Of a DNA stretch of 64,000 nt, positions 27,881 through 41,080 are shown piece after piece. Source of the stretch: Eledone cirrhosa. Taxonomy: Eukaryota. Position 1 is the stretch's first letter. Every line of letters begins with the position of its first letter. The translations under genes were made by a program, and so were the position numbers. The stretch lies in assembly GCA_964016885.1 (NCBI GenBank), contig OZ024762.1:16864001-16928000 (forward strand), read 5' to 3'. The notes beneath the pieces are model-generated. The model saw only the letters and a list, made by a program, of their open reading frames with translations. It was not told where the DNA came from and did no database searches.

Positions 27881-28583
27881 CTACCTGGGCATTACGGTCA
27901 GCAGCGATTTGCGTTGGACGAGGCACGTCTCTAAAATTGTCAAGAGGGCCGAGGGTGTCTTAGCATCACTCAGCAAGACCTTTGTCAGCCGCTCTCCAGA
28001 TATCTATTTAAGGCTGTATACAGCTATGGTGCGACCACACTTAGAATTTGCATCACCAGTCTGGAACCCCTATCTTGCTCAGGACATTGACCGCCTGGAA
28101 ACTGTTGAGAGACGTGCAACCAAGCGAATACCCTCCATCAGGCATCTACCATACTCTGAGCGCCTTGCTTCCCTGGGCATGGATTCATTGAAGCTCCGAC
28201 GCCTGGCAACTGACTTGGTAAACACCCACAAAATTGTTAACCATGTTGCCAACAACAACCCTGAGTACCTTTTCGATTTCCATGTGTCTAACACACGTGG
28301 ACATGCCCACAAAGTAAGAAAACAGCACAGCTCCCATGACTTTCGGAAACATTTTTTCACGCTCAGAGTTGCTGAAGCATGGAACAAACTACCTGCATCA
28401 GTTGTTAGCTGTCGAGACACTGCATCCTTTAAGGCCTCCATGCTTCCCGAGATCCGCCAACAGAACAGCTAACACATACACACATGTACTTCCCTGACAT
28501 TTGTGTATTATTCTATGTACTATATTGACGAGTTGTAGTGCACCTGAGCACTTTACACAATAATTTCATTATTATTATTATTA
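27881..28583 (+). mobile_element. CR1-clade LINE 3' part
   Basis: Encodes YLGITVSSDL...LYTAMVRPHLEFASPVWNPY...ERLASLG...RGH...FFTLRVAEAWNKLP; tail gcacctgagcact...(att)n. Tail-only copies at about 34738-34865, 35560-35660, 38212-38305, 50024-50208 and 51385-51550 (all -), and 58452-58780 (+). Confidence 0.9.
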
Positions 28584-28749
28584 TATATATAAAGTGTTAA
28601 AAACAATCAAATTTTAGTTTAGAACATTTATCTGCTGACAATTGTTTCTTCCAGAGGGAAGTCTGGAATCAGCGGTAACTGGCTAGTACTTAGTACTACC
28701 CTACATATTTATAACTGTATTAAACATATATAAATATAAATATCCTTAT

Positions 28750-28786
<37 letters not shown>

Positions 28787-29131
28787 CAGTGAATTAGCAG
28801 GGTTGTTAGAATATTGGATAGAATGCCTTGTGGTATTTGTTCTGGCTCTCTTCTCTCTCTCTGAGTTCAAATTCCACCGAGGTCAACTTAGCCTTTCAAC
28901 CTTACGAGGTCGATAAAGAAAGTACCAGTCAAGTACTAGGGTCGATTCTTCCTCTATATCTCTTTCTCATTTCCTCTCTCTCTCTCTCTCTCTTTCTATC
29001 TTTCTCTGGAAGAAATCTGCTGTACTCAGGCCTGGAGAGGAGATGAGCTCCGTCAGGCTTAAAATTCCCTAGAAACATTGTATATCAATACAGTGCCTTT
29101 ACACCCCTATCAGAAGTTATGGGACCACACT

Positions 29132-29231
<100 letters not shown>

Positions 29232-29326
29232 CATAATGTAGGAGGTGAGTTTTATTGTAGTACAATAAAGCAATGCAGATATCGGATAAGAATCACTCTA
29301 CAGTTTGTAGGACTGGAGTATACATA

Positions 29327-29551
29327 ATATATAAGATCAAAAGATGGTTAAAGGAGTTCCATGTATTTTATTATGCGCATTTCAAATTGTTGATTTAAAA
29401 CTGCACTATCCACAAGTGTTTTTTAGCCTTCATATCATGTCCTCCTGTTTTATATGATGAAAACACAAATATTATTGCATGATGATGTTTGTTTTTGAAA
29501 TGCGCATAATAAAATACATGGAACTCCTTTAACCATCTTTTGATCTTATAT
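29327..29551. repeat. Inverted repeat element between TA-rich tracts
   Basis: Arms ataagatcaaaagatgg...gcgcatttcaaa and tttgaaatgcgc...ccatcttttgatcttat; a related copy lies near 16495-16655. Confidence 0.85.
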
Positions 29552-29841
29552 ATTATATATATACATATATATATATATATATACATATATATTTATTAAA
29601 ATAACAGATTAAAGTTTAAGCAAATAATTTTAATAAATATTTGCTCTACGGTCCTTATCGAGCCCTCTTTGGATTTTAGTCTTCAAATTTATTATTATTA
29701 CTATATATACATATATATATATTTATTCAAATAACAGATTAAAGTTTAAGCAAAGAATCGCTGCTTTCACCCTTAACGGGATCTTCTGAAACTAAAAAAA
29801 TCAATACGGTTCTTATATATTTGATATATATTTATTATTAT

Positions 29842-29904
<63 letters not shown>

Positions 29905-29928
29905 TATATATATGTGTGTGTATGCTAC

Positions 29929-30141
29929 ATTGACCAGTAAATTTAATTGTTTCTACTTTTTGGCACAAGGCCAGCAATTACCCAGTGCATTACTGGTACT
30001 TTATTTTATCGACCCCGTAAGGATGAAAGGCAAAGTCAATCTCAGCGGGATTTGAACTCAGATCGTAAAGGGACGTAACTATGCTGGAAAGCATGGCATC
30101 CGACCCTCTACCGATACTGCCAATTGACCAGTAAATTTAAT
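29929..30141 (-). mobile_element. Meta-type SINE with 19-bp target-site duplication
   Basis: attgaccagtaaatttaat at 29929-29947 and 30123-30141 flanks the SINE. Confidence 0.85.
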
Positions 30142-30218
30142 ACCATCTTAAAGTATGTATATTCTCCTACATATTATGTTCTATAAATGTGTACAAAATG
30201 CTGTATATTTCTCAATAG

Positions 30219-30257
<39 letters not shown>

Positions 30258-31027
30258 CAAGAAATGGTTATCTGCTCTGTCCCACAATGGGACAACTGGT
30301 CTAACCCATGCTAGCGAGAAAAAATGGATGTTAAACGGTGATGATAATGATGATATATATATGTGTGTATATATAAATATGTATGTATATATATATATAT
30401 ATGTGTGTGTGTTTATATATAAATATGTATGTGTATATATATATGTGTGTGTGTATATATATGTATGTGTGTGTATATATATGTGTGTGTGTGTATATAT
30501 ATGTATATATATTTATATATATACATTTATGTATATATATATATATACATCTGCGATCTAACTTACTCGGTCCTCAATGTTGCCATTATACATATATATA
30601 TATACATATATATATACATATAATAATATATATGTGTGTGTATATATATTTACACACACACAAATATATACATATACAGATACACACACACACACACAAA
30701 GACGTGCGTGTGTGAAGTAATAACGAAGAGAAACTAACAATTACATTCAGATGATAGAGTTATCTCCCCTACCCCACACCCAGATTCATAATATTTATAT
30801 AGTTATTGCTTTATGAAATCGACCCTATCGTAATCCCTTAAACCTAATTAGGGAACAGCCCTTAATATAGGAATATAGTTGTCTAATTTGCCAATATTGA
30901 TGACCTTCGATTAGAAATTATGCCTTAATTAAAACTTCCAGGCACATAGAAGTAGTAAATAATTTAATAGTTCGTATAAAATATATTTGAGGTGTTTTGT
31001 TAAATGGCAGCCTCTTTGTTAAATACA

Positions 31028-31061
<34 letters not shown>

Positions 31062-31309
31062 ATGTGTGTATATATGTATGTATGTATACATATTTATTTG
31101 GATTTTAGTCTTCGCATTTATTGTTATTACTATTATTACTACACACACACACATATATATATATATATGTGTGTGTGTGTGTAGTAATAATAAACGGCTT
31201 GAGCTCAGCTGTCGGGGTCTTACTGGTTCCTATTACCCACTCTACTACCTCAAGTATTGAGTACTTTGGTGCGTTATGGTCCACCTGGTTCCTTACCACA
31301 TTTCCTTCG

Positions 31310-31350
<41 letters not shown>

Positions 31351-31721
31351 TATACATATGTATATTATATATATATATATTTATATGTATATATATATTA
31401 TATATATATATATTATATATATATATATATGTGTATATATATGTGTGTGTATGTATGTATATAAATATATGTGTGTGTGTGTATATCTATTTATACACAC
31501 ACACATATATATATATATATTACAAATTTTATTCACAGTTGTATAAATAATTGTTAATAATTCTTTCAAAATAAAATCTAAACACATATGTAAACACATA
31601 ATAAATACAATTAATTATTATTAGGGACCTCACAAATACAACACACAAAAATATAGGATCACAGCAAGAGACAAAAAAAGGGGCAGGTACAAAAATGACC
31701 ATCAATTCACCACCAAATGCA

Positions 31722-32830
31722 ACAATTGGCCACATATTACAAGGGTCAATGGACATTTTTGAAGCAAGCCAACACGCTTGCAGCATTTCCACGGGTGATG
31801 GCGAGGCTAAGGTACTGAAATAACCAGGTACCCTCACGGGCATCACCTGACACCTTGGTAAGGTGAGGTGATAGCCAGGCTAAGGTGCTGAAATAACCAG
31901 GTACCCTCACGGGCATCACCTGACACCTTGGTAAGGTGAGGTGATAGCCAGGCTAAGGTGCTGAAATAACCAGGTACCCTCACGGGCATCACCTGACACC
32001 TTGGTAAGGTGAGGTGATAGCCAGGCTAAGGTGCTGAAATAACCAGGTACCCTCACGGGCATCACCTGACACCTTGGTAAGGTGAAGTGATAGCCAGGCT
32101 AAGGTGCTGAAATAACCAGGTACCCTCACGGGCATCACCTGACACCTCGGTAAGGTGAGGTGATAGCCAGGCTAAGGTGCTGAAATAACCAGGTACCCTC
32201 ACGGGCATCACCTGACACCTTGGTAAGGTGAGGTGATAGCCAGGCTAAGGTGCTGAAATAACCAGGTACCCTCACGGGCATCACCTGACACCTTGGTAAG
32301 GTGAGGTGATAGCCAGGCTAAGGTGCTGAAATAACCAGGTACCCTCACGGGCATCACCTGACACCTTGGTAAGGTGAGGTGATAGCCAGGCTAAGGTGCT
32401 GAAATAACCAGGTACCCTCACGGGCATCACCTGACACCTTGGTAAGGTGAGGTGATAGCCAGGCTAAGGTGCTGAAATAACCAGGTACCCTCACAGAAAT
32501 CACCTGACACCTCAGTAAGGTGAGTTGCCAATGAAAACAAGAACTTCGCTGTCAGTGACCCAACTCCACCAAACATCTCGAACGACAAAGGCCGGAAAAA
32601 ACAATTGTGCGATAGTTTTTGGTATTTTTGATTTTATTCCATTTGGCAACAGAAGCAGTGACCCTCACATTTACTGCGGCGTCCATGATATGGGAGGGAT
32701 CAAAAGAGTCATTGACTGTGGCTTCCAGATGAGACACCTGCCCTTTACCAAGGGACAATGGGTAAAGCCGTCTGTTCTCTTCCTATCAACTCTAGATAAT
32801 CCAGCCAGCTCCAGAACTGAGCAGATATTT
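31722..32830 (-). mobile_element. CRE-clade non-LTR retrotransposon fragment (restriction-like endonuclease domain)
   Basis: Joined minus-strand frames read GLSRVDRKRTDG...KGRCLIWEATVNDSF...PLSFEMFGG...WLFQHLSLAITRGNAASVL, the PD-(D/E)xK-type C-terminus typical of CRE-like elements. Confidence 0.75.
31804..32525. repeat. 73-bp tandem array (~10 copies) derived from the CRE-like fragment
   Basis: aggctaagg recurs at 31804, 31877 and so on to 32461. Confidence 0.95.
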
Positions 32831-33089
32831 ACCTGAACTAGTGTATTATTCACACACATACATAGACATAAACACACAGATATATTCACATGCACACACA
32901 GATGGATTCCACCTGGTTTCCATTTACCAAAGATTTCTCTCAGAAAGCATTGGTCAACCAGAGGTTATAATACATAGTAGAAGATACTTCTCCAAGCTAA
33001 CACCATACAGTGGGAGTGAATCCTGAAACCCCCTGATTGCAATGTTAACCTCTTAACCACAGTCATGCCTACACTGGCATTATATAACT

Positions 33090-34010
33090 ATTGTGTGGTT
33101 ACACTTAGAATTTGAATCACCAATTTGGAACCCCTATTTTGCTCAGAATATTGATCTCCTGGAAACTGTTCAGAGACATGCAGCCAAGCAAATACCCTCC
33201 ATCAGGCATCGACCATATTCTGAGCAACTTGCTTCCCTGGGCATGGATACATTAAAGCTCCTACATCTGGCAACTGACTTGGTAGTAGACACCCACAAAA
33301 TGATTAACCATCTTGCCAACAACAAGCCTGAACACCTTTTTGAATTCCATGTATCTAACACTTGTGGACATGCTTACAAAGCCAGAAAACAGCACAGCTC
33401 CCATGACTTTCAGAAACATTTTTTTCATGCTCAGAGTTGCTGAAGCATGGAACAAACTACCTTCATCAGTTGTTAGCTGTCAAGACACTGCATCCTTTAA
33501 AACCTCCATGGAACAAACTACCTGCATCAGTTGTTAGCTGTCGAGACACTGCATCCTTTAAAACCTCCATGGAACAAACTACCTTCATCAGTTGTTAGCT
33601 GTCGAGACACTGCATCCTTTGAAACCTCCATGGAACAAACTACCTGCATCAGTTATTAGCTGTCGAGACACTGCATCCTTTAAAACCTCCATGGAACAAA
33701 CTACCTGCATCAGTTGTTAGCTGTCGAGACACTGCATCCTTTAAAACCTCCATGGAACAAACTACCTGCATCAGTTATTAGCTGTCGAGACACTGCATCC
33801 TTCAAAACCTCCATGCTTCCTGAAATTCACCAACACTACACCTGACCCCCCCCCCCCCTCCACACACATGCACACATGTATCTGTTTGTATATCATGACT
33901 CATACACTGTTCATTTTCATTTGTACATTATTCTATGTACTATACATGCACTTTTGATGAGTTGTAGTGCACTTGAGCACTGTACACAATAATTTTCATT
34001 ATATTATATT
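33090..34010 (+). mobile_element. CR1 LINE 3' part with a 61-bp x6 internal array
   Basis: Homologous to 28030-28583; the unit starts catgg at 33446, 33507 and so on to 33751, bounded by catg microhomology. Confidence 0.9.
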
Positions 34011-34865
34011 ATATCTCCATGCCACCCCATCCTACCCGACCCAACCTTCATAAAATAATTTCCAAAGAAAAAAATTGAAGTAATTCCCTGATTAACTGGT
34101 AAACCATTAGAGATAAGGGGATTGAAATATTTTGCCAGATGAAATCAAGATAAACACGATAAGATTAACATGACAAACACAACAGTTATTCTCTCATTCT
34201 TTTGAAATATGTAAAATACCTGAGAACAATCAGATGAACACATCCCTTTAGACTGAGATATTTTGTGAAGGTTTGCTGGCATATTGTACATTTGCAGAGT
34301 TGTTTACATCTTGGAGGAGAATTCTTTACAATGTTCATTTAGACAGAAATACTAATAATTATTTCTACTTTTGGCACAAGGCCAGCAATTACAGCAGTAC
34401 ATTACTGGTACTTTATTTTATCGACCCCGTAAGGATGAAAGGCAAAGTTAACCTCGACAGAATTTGAACTCAGAATGTAAAGGGCTGTAACTCTATGCTG
34501 CATAGCATGGCATCCGACCCTCTACCGATACTGCCAATCCACCGCCCTCAGATAATAATAATTATTTCTACTTTTGGCACAAGGCCAGCAATTACCCCAG
34601 TACATTACTGGTACTTTATTCTATCGACCCTGTAAGGATGAAAGGCAAAGTTAACCTCGGCGGGATTTGAACTCTGAAGATAAAGGGCCGCAACTCTATG
34701 CTGCAAAGCATGGTGTCTGATACTCTACCGATTCTGAAAATTATTGTGTACAGTGCTCAGGTGCACTACAACTCATCAAAGGTGTATGTATAGTACATAG
34801 AATAATATACAAATGTCAGGAAAGTGAACAGTGTAGGAGTCATGATATACACACATGCATGTGTG

Positions 34866-34900
<35 letters not shown>

Positions 34901-34903
<3 letters not shown>

Positions 34904-35324
34904 AGACATGGGCAGCAACTGCAGAGGATATGCGACGGCTGGAGAGAAATGAGGCAAGGATGCTCCGTTGGATGTGCAGTGTGAATGTGCGTTAACGACC
35001 CAGCATGAATGTGTTGAGAGGGAAACTGTGTCTGAGAGTGATAGAATGTAGTGTGCGAGAGAGGAGACTGAGGTGGTATGGACATGTGATGCGCATGGAG
35101 GATGACCGATGGGTGAAGAAGTGCCAGGAAATTTCCAGTTGAAGGAAGACGTGGGAGAGGAAGACCACGAAAAACATGGGCGGAGGTGGTGAGAACAGAC
35201 CTCAGATCGCTGAAGCTCACGGTGGAGATGACGAAGGACCGTGACAAGTGGAGAGATGCTGAATAAGACCCGTCCCACCCTTGCAAGCAGGGAAGAGCGG
35301 ACGTAAAATGATGATGATGATGAT
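34901..35324 (+). mobile_element. 3' end of a second RTE subfamily with a short 3'UTR
   Basis: Encodes RLERNEARMLRWMC...RLRWYGHVMRMED...GRPRKTW; tail cccgtcccacccttgcaagcagggaagagcggacgtaaaa(tga)n. Another copy at about 52510-52685(-). Confidence 0.85.
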
Positions 35325-35682
35325 ACAAAGTTTTTTCAGCTTTTGTTTACAAACAGCGGAGAATTTGAAATTAGATAATCAAAAATACAATGGTGGCATA
35401 TTTTGACTAAGTAAATTAGAGATGTGGGTTTGTGACCCTCATCTCTAATGCTCATTCACTTTTCCATTTCTGTGGGTTTTTATACCTCCAAATTATTAGG
35501 ATAATTTACTTAGTCAAAAATACAACAGTGGCACTATTATTTTCAATATATATATATATTATTGCTCAGGTGCATTACAACTCATCAAAGGTGCATGTAT
35601 AGTACATAGAATAATGTACAAATGTAAGAAAAGTGAACAGTGTAGGAGTCATGATATACACACACACATATATATATATATA

Positions 35683-36611
35683 CTAGCAGTGGTACCCGGC
35701 GTTTCACGGGATAAGGTATTTTGGAATGTGGGCCGCCAACAGACCTAATCGTGGAAAAATTGCATGCCTGGACAATATGTAAAGAACATAAACCGAATAC
35801 TCTGATGGCTGGACGATCTTTAGGATTTTCCTCGATGAAGCAGGAAATATGCAGGTTTTCATCTAATGTGAGCCCTAGGGGATCAAGAAAATGAATTTTT
35901 TGTATGTGCATAATATGCCTTGAAATTTTGGGAAAATCGGCTAGACGTACCGCCTCAAAAAAGCCCTAAAAAGCTGAAAAAATAAAGTTTTTCACCTAAT
36001 GCGGGCCCTAGGCCATAAAAAAGTTGGATTTTCTTTGCTCATGGAATGAAGAAGAGACTGACTAATACATCGTTACAATTTCAAGGAAATCGGTCTGACC
36101 TAACGCCTCAAAAAACCCCTAAAAACCTGAAAAAACGCAGTTTTTCAACTAATGCGAACCCTAGGGGATCAAAAAGTTGAATTTCTTTATGTGCATAACA
36201 CTCCCCGAAACATAAGTAAAACACATGTAAAGTTTGAAAAAAGTCGGTTGGGTACTTCTCGAGTTTTAGGGATTCAAACTCACAGACACACACAGACAGA
36301 CATCCTCAGGGAAGTGAAAGTGACGTAATGCAAACAGGCAGACATACAGACAGATATTATAAGGGTGCGACGTTATATGTATGTATCTATCTAAAAAGAG
36401 AAAGACTAAGAATTATAGAGAGAGATCGCTAAATCGCCTAATGCGGTCTCTAGGGCATTGAAAATTTGAAATTTATTTTGCTCAGAACACTCCCTGAAAC
36501 ATAAGTATTACATGTGTAAAATTTGAAAACAGTCGGTTGGGTGCTTCTCGAGTTTTAGGGATTCAAACTCACACACACACAGACAGACATCCTCAGTTTT
36601 ATATATATAGA
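35683..36611 (-). mobile_element. Full-length non-autonomous Helitron
   Basis: On the minus strand, the 5' end is TCtatatatataaaa and the 3' end is a cccgtgaaacgccggg hairpin followed by CTAG; inserted between A and T with no TSD; internal duplications. Confidence 0.88.
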
Positions 36612-36912
36612 TAATCGAAGAAATTGAAGAAAGAGAAGCAGGCCGTTAAAATATATTTATAAGGTGCTTTTACATATGTTACACCCAAGTTGGGCTCCTC
36701 GGAGGCTCAGAGGAAAGTAAAGGGTTTAATTGGGAACACCAAGATATGAATTTTGATGTTAAAATCGTATTCATACCCATTCAGGGTTCCTATTTAAAAC
36801 CTTTACTTTCCTCTGAGCCTCCGAGGAGCCCAACTTCGGCGTAACATATGTAAGAGCACCTTATAAATATATTTTAACCATCTACTTCTCTTTCTCCAAT
36901 TTCTTCGATTAT
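36611..36912. repeat. Inverted repeat element (~120-bp arms) with degenerate hammerhead-like core
   Basis: Arms ataatcgaagaaattg...gaggaaagtaaagg and cctttactttcctc...caatttcttcgattat; the right arm has ccgagga-gcc..ggc-gtaa-catatg-ta. Confidence 0.85.
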
Positions 36913-37319
36913 AATTGCTCTGCTTAAATTCACACACTAAATATTAACGCTTCTAATGTTTACCCCTGTCTGCACAAGCATTGAGCACTAAAGCAACTGC
37001 TTATGGCAATTAATTATCTGTATCGTCTCCTTCTATAACACTTCTTCTCTCTATTCTCTCTCACGATACTGTAGCATTTTATTATAGAGTTACGACCCTT
37101 GCCATTTCTGAGTTCAAATCCCGCCGAGGTTAACTTTGCCTTTCATCTTTACAGGGTCGATAAAATAAAGTACCAGTAATGTACTGGGTAATTTCTGGCC
37201 TTGTGCCAATAGTAGAAACAATTATATATATATATATATATATAGTATATATATATATAGTATATATATATATAGTATATATATATATAGTATATATATA
37301 TATAGTATATATATATATA

Positions 37320-37385
<66 letters not shown>

Positions 37386-37629
37386 ATAAACGTGCTGCGT
37401 GGTTGCTAATGGGTTACATATGAATAAAGTTAGTCCTTCATCAGTGATCTTCCAACCATCATTGGTATTTCATCGCTTTAAAGACCATATACCTCCGGTT
37501 GGTGCGAGCAACAGCTAAAAAAAGTCGTTGGGACACGTAAATAAAGGGGACACGAGTGTAAACAAACAAAGATGGTGAAGCAATGAAAAGTGAGGAAGAA
37601 GTATATATTTTCATTTATTTAATATCATA

Positions 37630-37669
<40 letters not shown>

Positions 37670-37714
37670 TATGATATTAAATAAATGGAAACTATATTTA
37701 TAAAACCATATTTA

Positions 37715-37775
37715 TTTTATTATATATATTTCAAGGGAAACGAAGACACCATTGGTGCGCTTTCATCAGATAAAA
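37715..37775 (-). ncRNA. Type I hammerhead ribozyme motif (family B)
   Basis: Reverse complement reads ttttat-CTGATGA-aag...ctt-GAAA-tatata-TA-ataaaa, with a perfect 6-bp stem I. Confidence 0.65.
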
Positions 37776-37851
37776 TACAAAGTTTGTTTTATAAATAGAG
37801 ACATACCCATGAAAATCATACCTTATCGGTTGGAAATTCAATATATTTTTC

Positions 37852-38193
37852 ATTTTTCATTTCATTTCATTTTACGTCCGCTTTTCCCTGCTAGCAAGGG
37901 TGGGACGGGAACTGATTCTGGCTTGATTTCTACAGCTGGATGCCCTTCCTAACACCAACCTCATTTACAGTGAGTGCTGGGTGCTTTTTTGCCGTGGCAC
38001 CTCCACGACCACTTTGCAGTGGAATGATATGGACCCCCAGTCCCTATCATCTCATTTCTACAGCTGAGTAAACTGGAGCAATGTGAAATAAAGTGTCTTG
38101 CTCAAGGAAACAACACATCACCCGGTCTGAGAATTGAACTCACAACCTTTCGATTGCAAGCCCAATGCTCTAACCATTAAGCCATGTGCCTCC
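37852..38193 (-). mobile_element. Full-length CORE-type SINE
   Basis: Reverse complement of the 17524 family. Confidence 0.85.
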
Positions 38194-38564
38194 ATTATAA
38201 TATATATATATTATTGTGTACAGTGCTCAGGTGCACTACAACTCATCAAAGGTGCATGTATAGTACATAGAACAATGTACTAATGTCAAGAGAGTGAACA
38301 GTTTAACATTTATTTCCTATGCTTGCATGGGCTTGACGGGATGTCACATACTGACATTAGACAAGACAGGTCATCCTGCCTTGCCAATAACACTGTTTTT
38401 TTTTTGTTTTTTTTTTTGAGAGGGAAGTGGGGGAGGCTTGGCTTTCTATAGCTGGATGCCTATGGGGGTGCCCTTTCTAGTACCAACCAACCCAGTCAGT
38501 TCAAGACTTGTGCAACCCTTTCTAGCAGGGAGTAGGGTTGTCGGGTGGACGTTAAACGGCGCTA

Positions 38565-38598
<34 letters not shown>

Positions 38599-38977
38599 CA
38601 ATAATATTTTACATCCCGCTTTCAACAATCTACCTGAATATACTTCATATAGGTTTTTACCATATATGGTAATATGCTTAATGTAATACCAATTCTGTCG
38701 GGGGGAGGGTTCTCACCTCCCAAAATATCTGTCGAGACATTAAAGGTGTAATATTTCTGTGGTAACCGAACCCTACGTACCCAAGGTAATTCATAAGCCC
38801 ACTCCGCCCCTTCCCCTGCCTCATAATACCTCCACCTCCACCACCTTCTAAACCCCCAATCTTCCTCCCTGGGGGTGGGGTGTCAAGCCAGTCCTTCAGA
38901 TAATTTCAAAGATGGCCACCCCTCCCCCTCTCCGATCCATGCAAGGTATGTAACTTTTATGTTGTTTCCATCAAAAG

Positions 38978-40093
38978 ATATATATATATATATATACACA
39001 TATATAGTATATATATATATATATAAACATATATAGTATATATATACACACACATATATAGTATATATATATATACACATATATAGTATATATATATACA
39101 CATATATAGTATATATATATATATATAAACATATATAGTATATATATACACACACATATATAGTATATATATATATACACATATATAGTATATATATATA
39201 CACATATATAGTATATATATATACACATATATAGTATATATATATACACATATATAGTATATATATATACACATATATAGTATATATATATATATATAAA
39301 CATATATAGTATATATATACACACACATATATAGTATATATATATATACACATATATAGTATATATATATACACACACATATATAGTATATATATACACA
39401 CACATATATAGTATATATATATACACATATATAGTATATATATATACACACACACATATATAGTATATATATATATACACATATATAGTATATATATATA
39501 TACACATATATAGTATATATATATACACATATATAGTATATATATATACACACACACATATATAGTATATATATATATACACATATATAGTATATATATA
39601 TACACATATATAGTATATATATATATACATATATAGTATATATACACATATATAGTATATATACATATATACACATATATAGTATATATACACATATATA
39701 GTATATATACATATATACACATATATAGTATATATGTACACACAGACATATATAGTATATATATATATATAGTGTATATATACAGACATATATAGTATAT
39801 ATATGTACACATATATAGTATATATATATATACACATATATAGTATATATACATATATACACATATATAGTATATATATACACACAGACATATATCGTAT
39901 ATATATATATATACACACATATAGTATATACATATACACAAACACACACACACACATATATATATACACTCATATACAATATATATATATATACACACAC
40001 ACACACATATATATATACACTCATATACAATATATATATATATATATACACACACAATCACACACATATATACAATATATATATACACACACA
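38978..40093. repeat. TA/CA microsatellite punctuated by atatagt
   Basis: Seen directly. Confidence 0.95.
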
Positions 40094-40879
40094 TAATATT
40101 CCTACATATTAAAGACCCCCCCCCAAAAAAAAAATTATATTAAAAAATGCAGAATTAAACAAGCATTTGGTAAATATGAACCCCACCCCACCTCATATCT
40201 ACCCCCTTCTTAGCCTACCTCACCCCACCACATCTACCCCCTTCTCAGCCCACCCCCACTATATCTATCCCCCTTCTTAGCCTAGCCTAACCCCACCCAC
40301 CCCTTCTAAACCTACCCCTTCTTAGCCTACCTCACCCCACCCCCTTCTAAACCTACCCCACCACTCTTCATAGCCTACCTCACCCCCACCGCCTTCTCAG
40401 CCCACCCCCACTGTATCCACCCCCTTCTTAGCCTAGCCTCACCCACCCCTTCTAAACCTACCCCATCATATCTAACCCCCCCCCCCCATCTAACCCCTTC
40501 TCAGCCCACCCCCACAATATCTCCCACCCCCATCAATATCTACCCCTACACCACCCTGTCAAACAAGAGATGCAACTTTGTAAAAAGTTATTGCTGATTA
40601 TGAAACTTTATGAGAAATACTAAGTCTCACTCTCTCTCTCTCTCTCTCTCACTCACACACTCTCTCTCTCTCCCTCAGGTGTTATCTCACTCTCACAGTT
40701 GCTATATCTCTCTCTCCCTCTCTCATCTGCTATCTCACTTTCTCTCTCTCTCTCTCTTTCTGGTTTGCCCCCAGAAAATAATAATAATAATAATAAATAT
40801 AAAAATAAGTAAATAATAATAACAATAATTTTTTCCAGCATTGGCAGAGGGCCCAGCAATTTGTGGGAAGGGGATCTTT

Positions 40880-41057
40880 TGGAGTAACATTACTCAGCAG
40901 GGTGCGTAGCTCGGAGATGAGGGAGTCACTAAAAGTAGAGCTGTTACTTCTCCGCCTCAAGAGAGATCACAGCTCTGGTATTACAGACATGTAGTTAGAA
41001 TGTCTCAGGAAAGGATTGCTGGACAGGCTTTTACAGGTAAAAACCAACTGGCAAACC
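40880..41057 (+). mobile_element. Expander/Rex3-like RTE fragment (unamplified version of the 65/123-bp units)
   Basis: gtagctcggagatgagggagtcact...gatcacagctctgg...tagaatgtctcaggaaagg present as a single copy. Confidence 0.75.
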
Positions 41058-41080
41058 TATGTTGAGGCTGTTAACTATAT

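Noticed and set aside
31804-32525. CRISPR-like regular arrays (also 4446-5985 and 56701-58235)
   Set aside because: Head-to-tail repeats with no unique spacers, no cas genes, and eukaryotic context.
32825-32842. Donor-like CAG|GTAAAT on the minus strand
   Set aside because: Lies at the edge of the CRE-like relic with no supporting exon or pyrimidine tract.
40180-40556. Telomere-like C-rich repeat
   Set aside because: Degenerate cccttcttagcc/cacccc low-complexity sequence with no (TTAGGG)n array.
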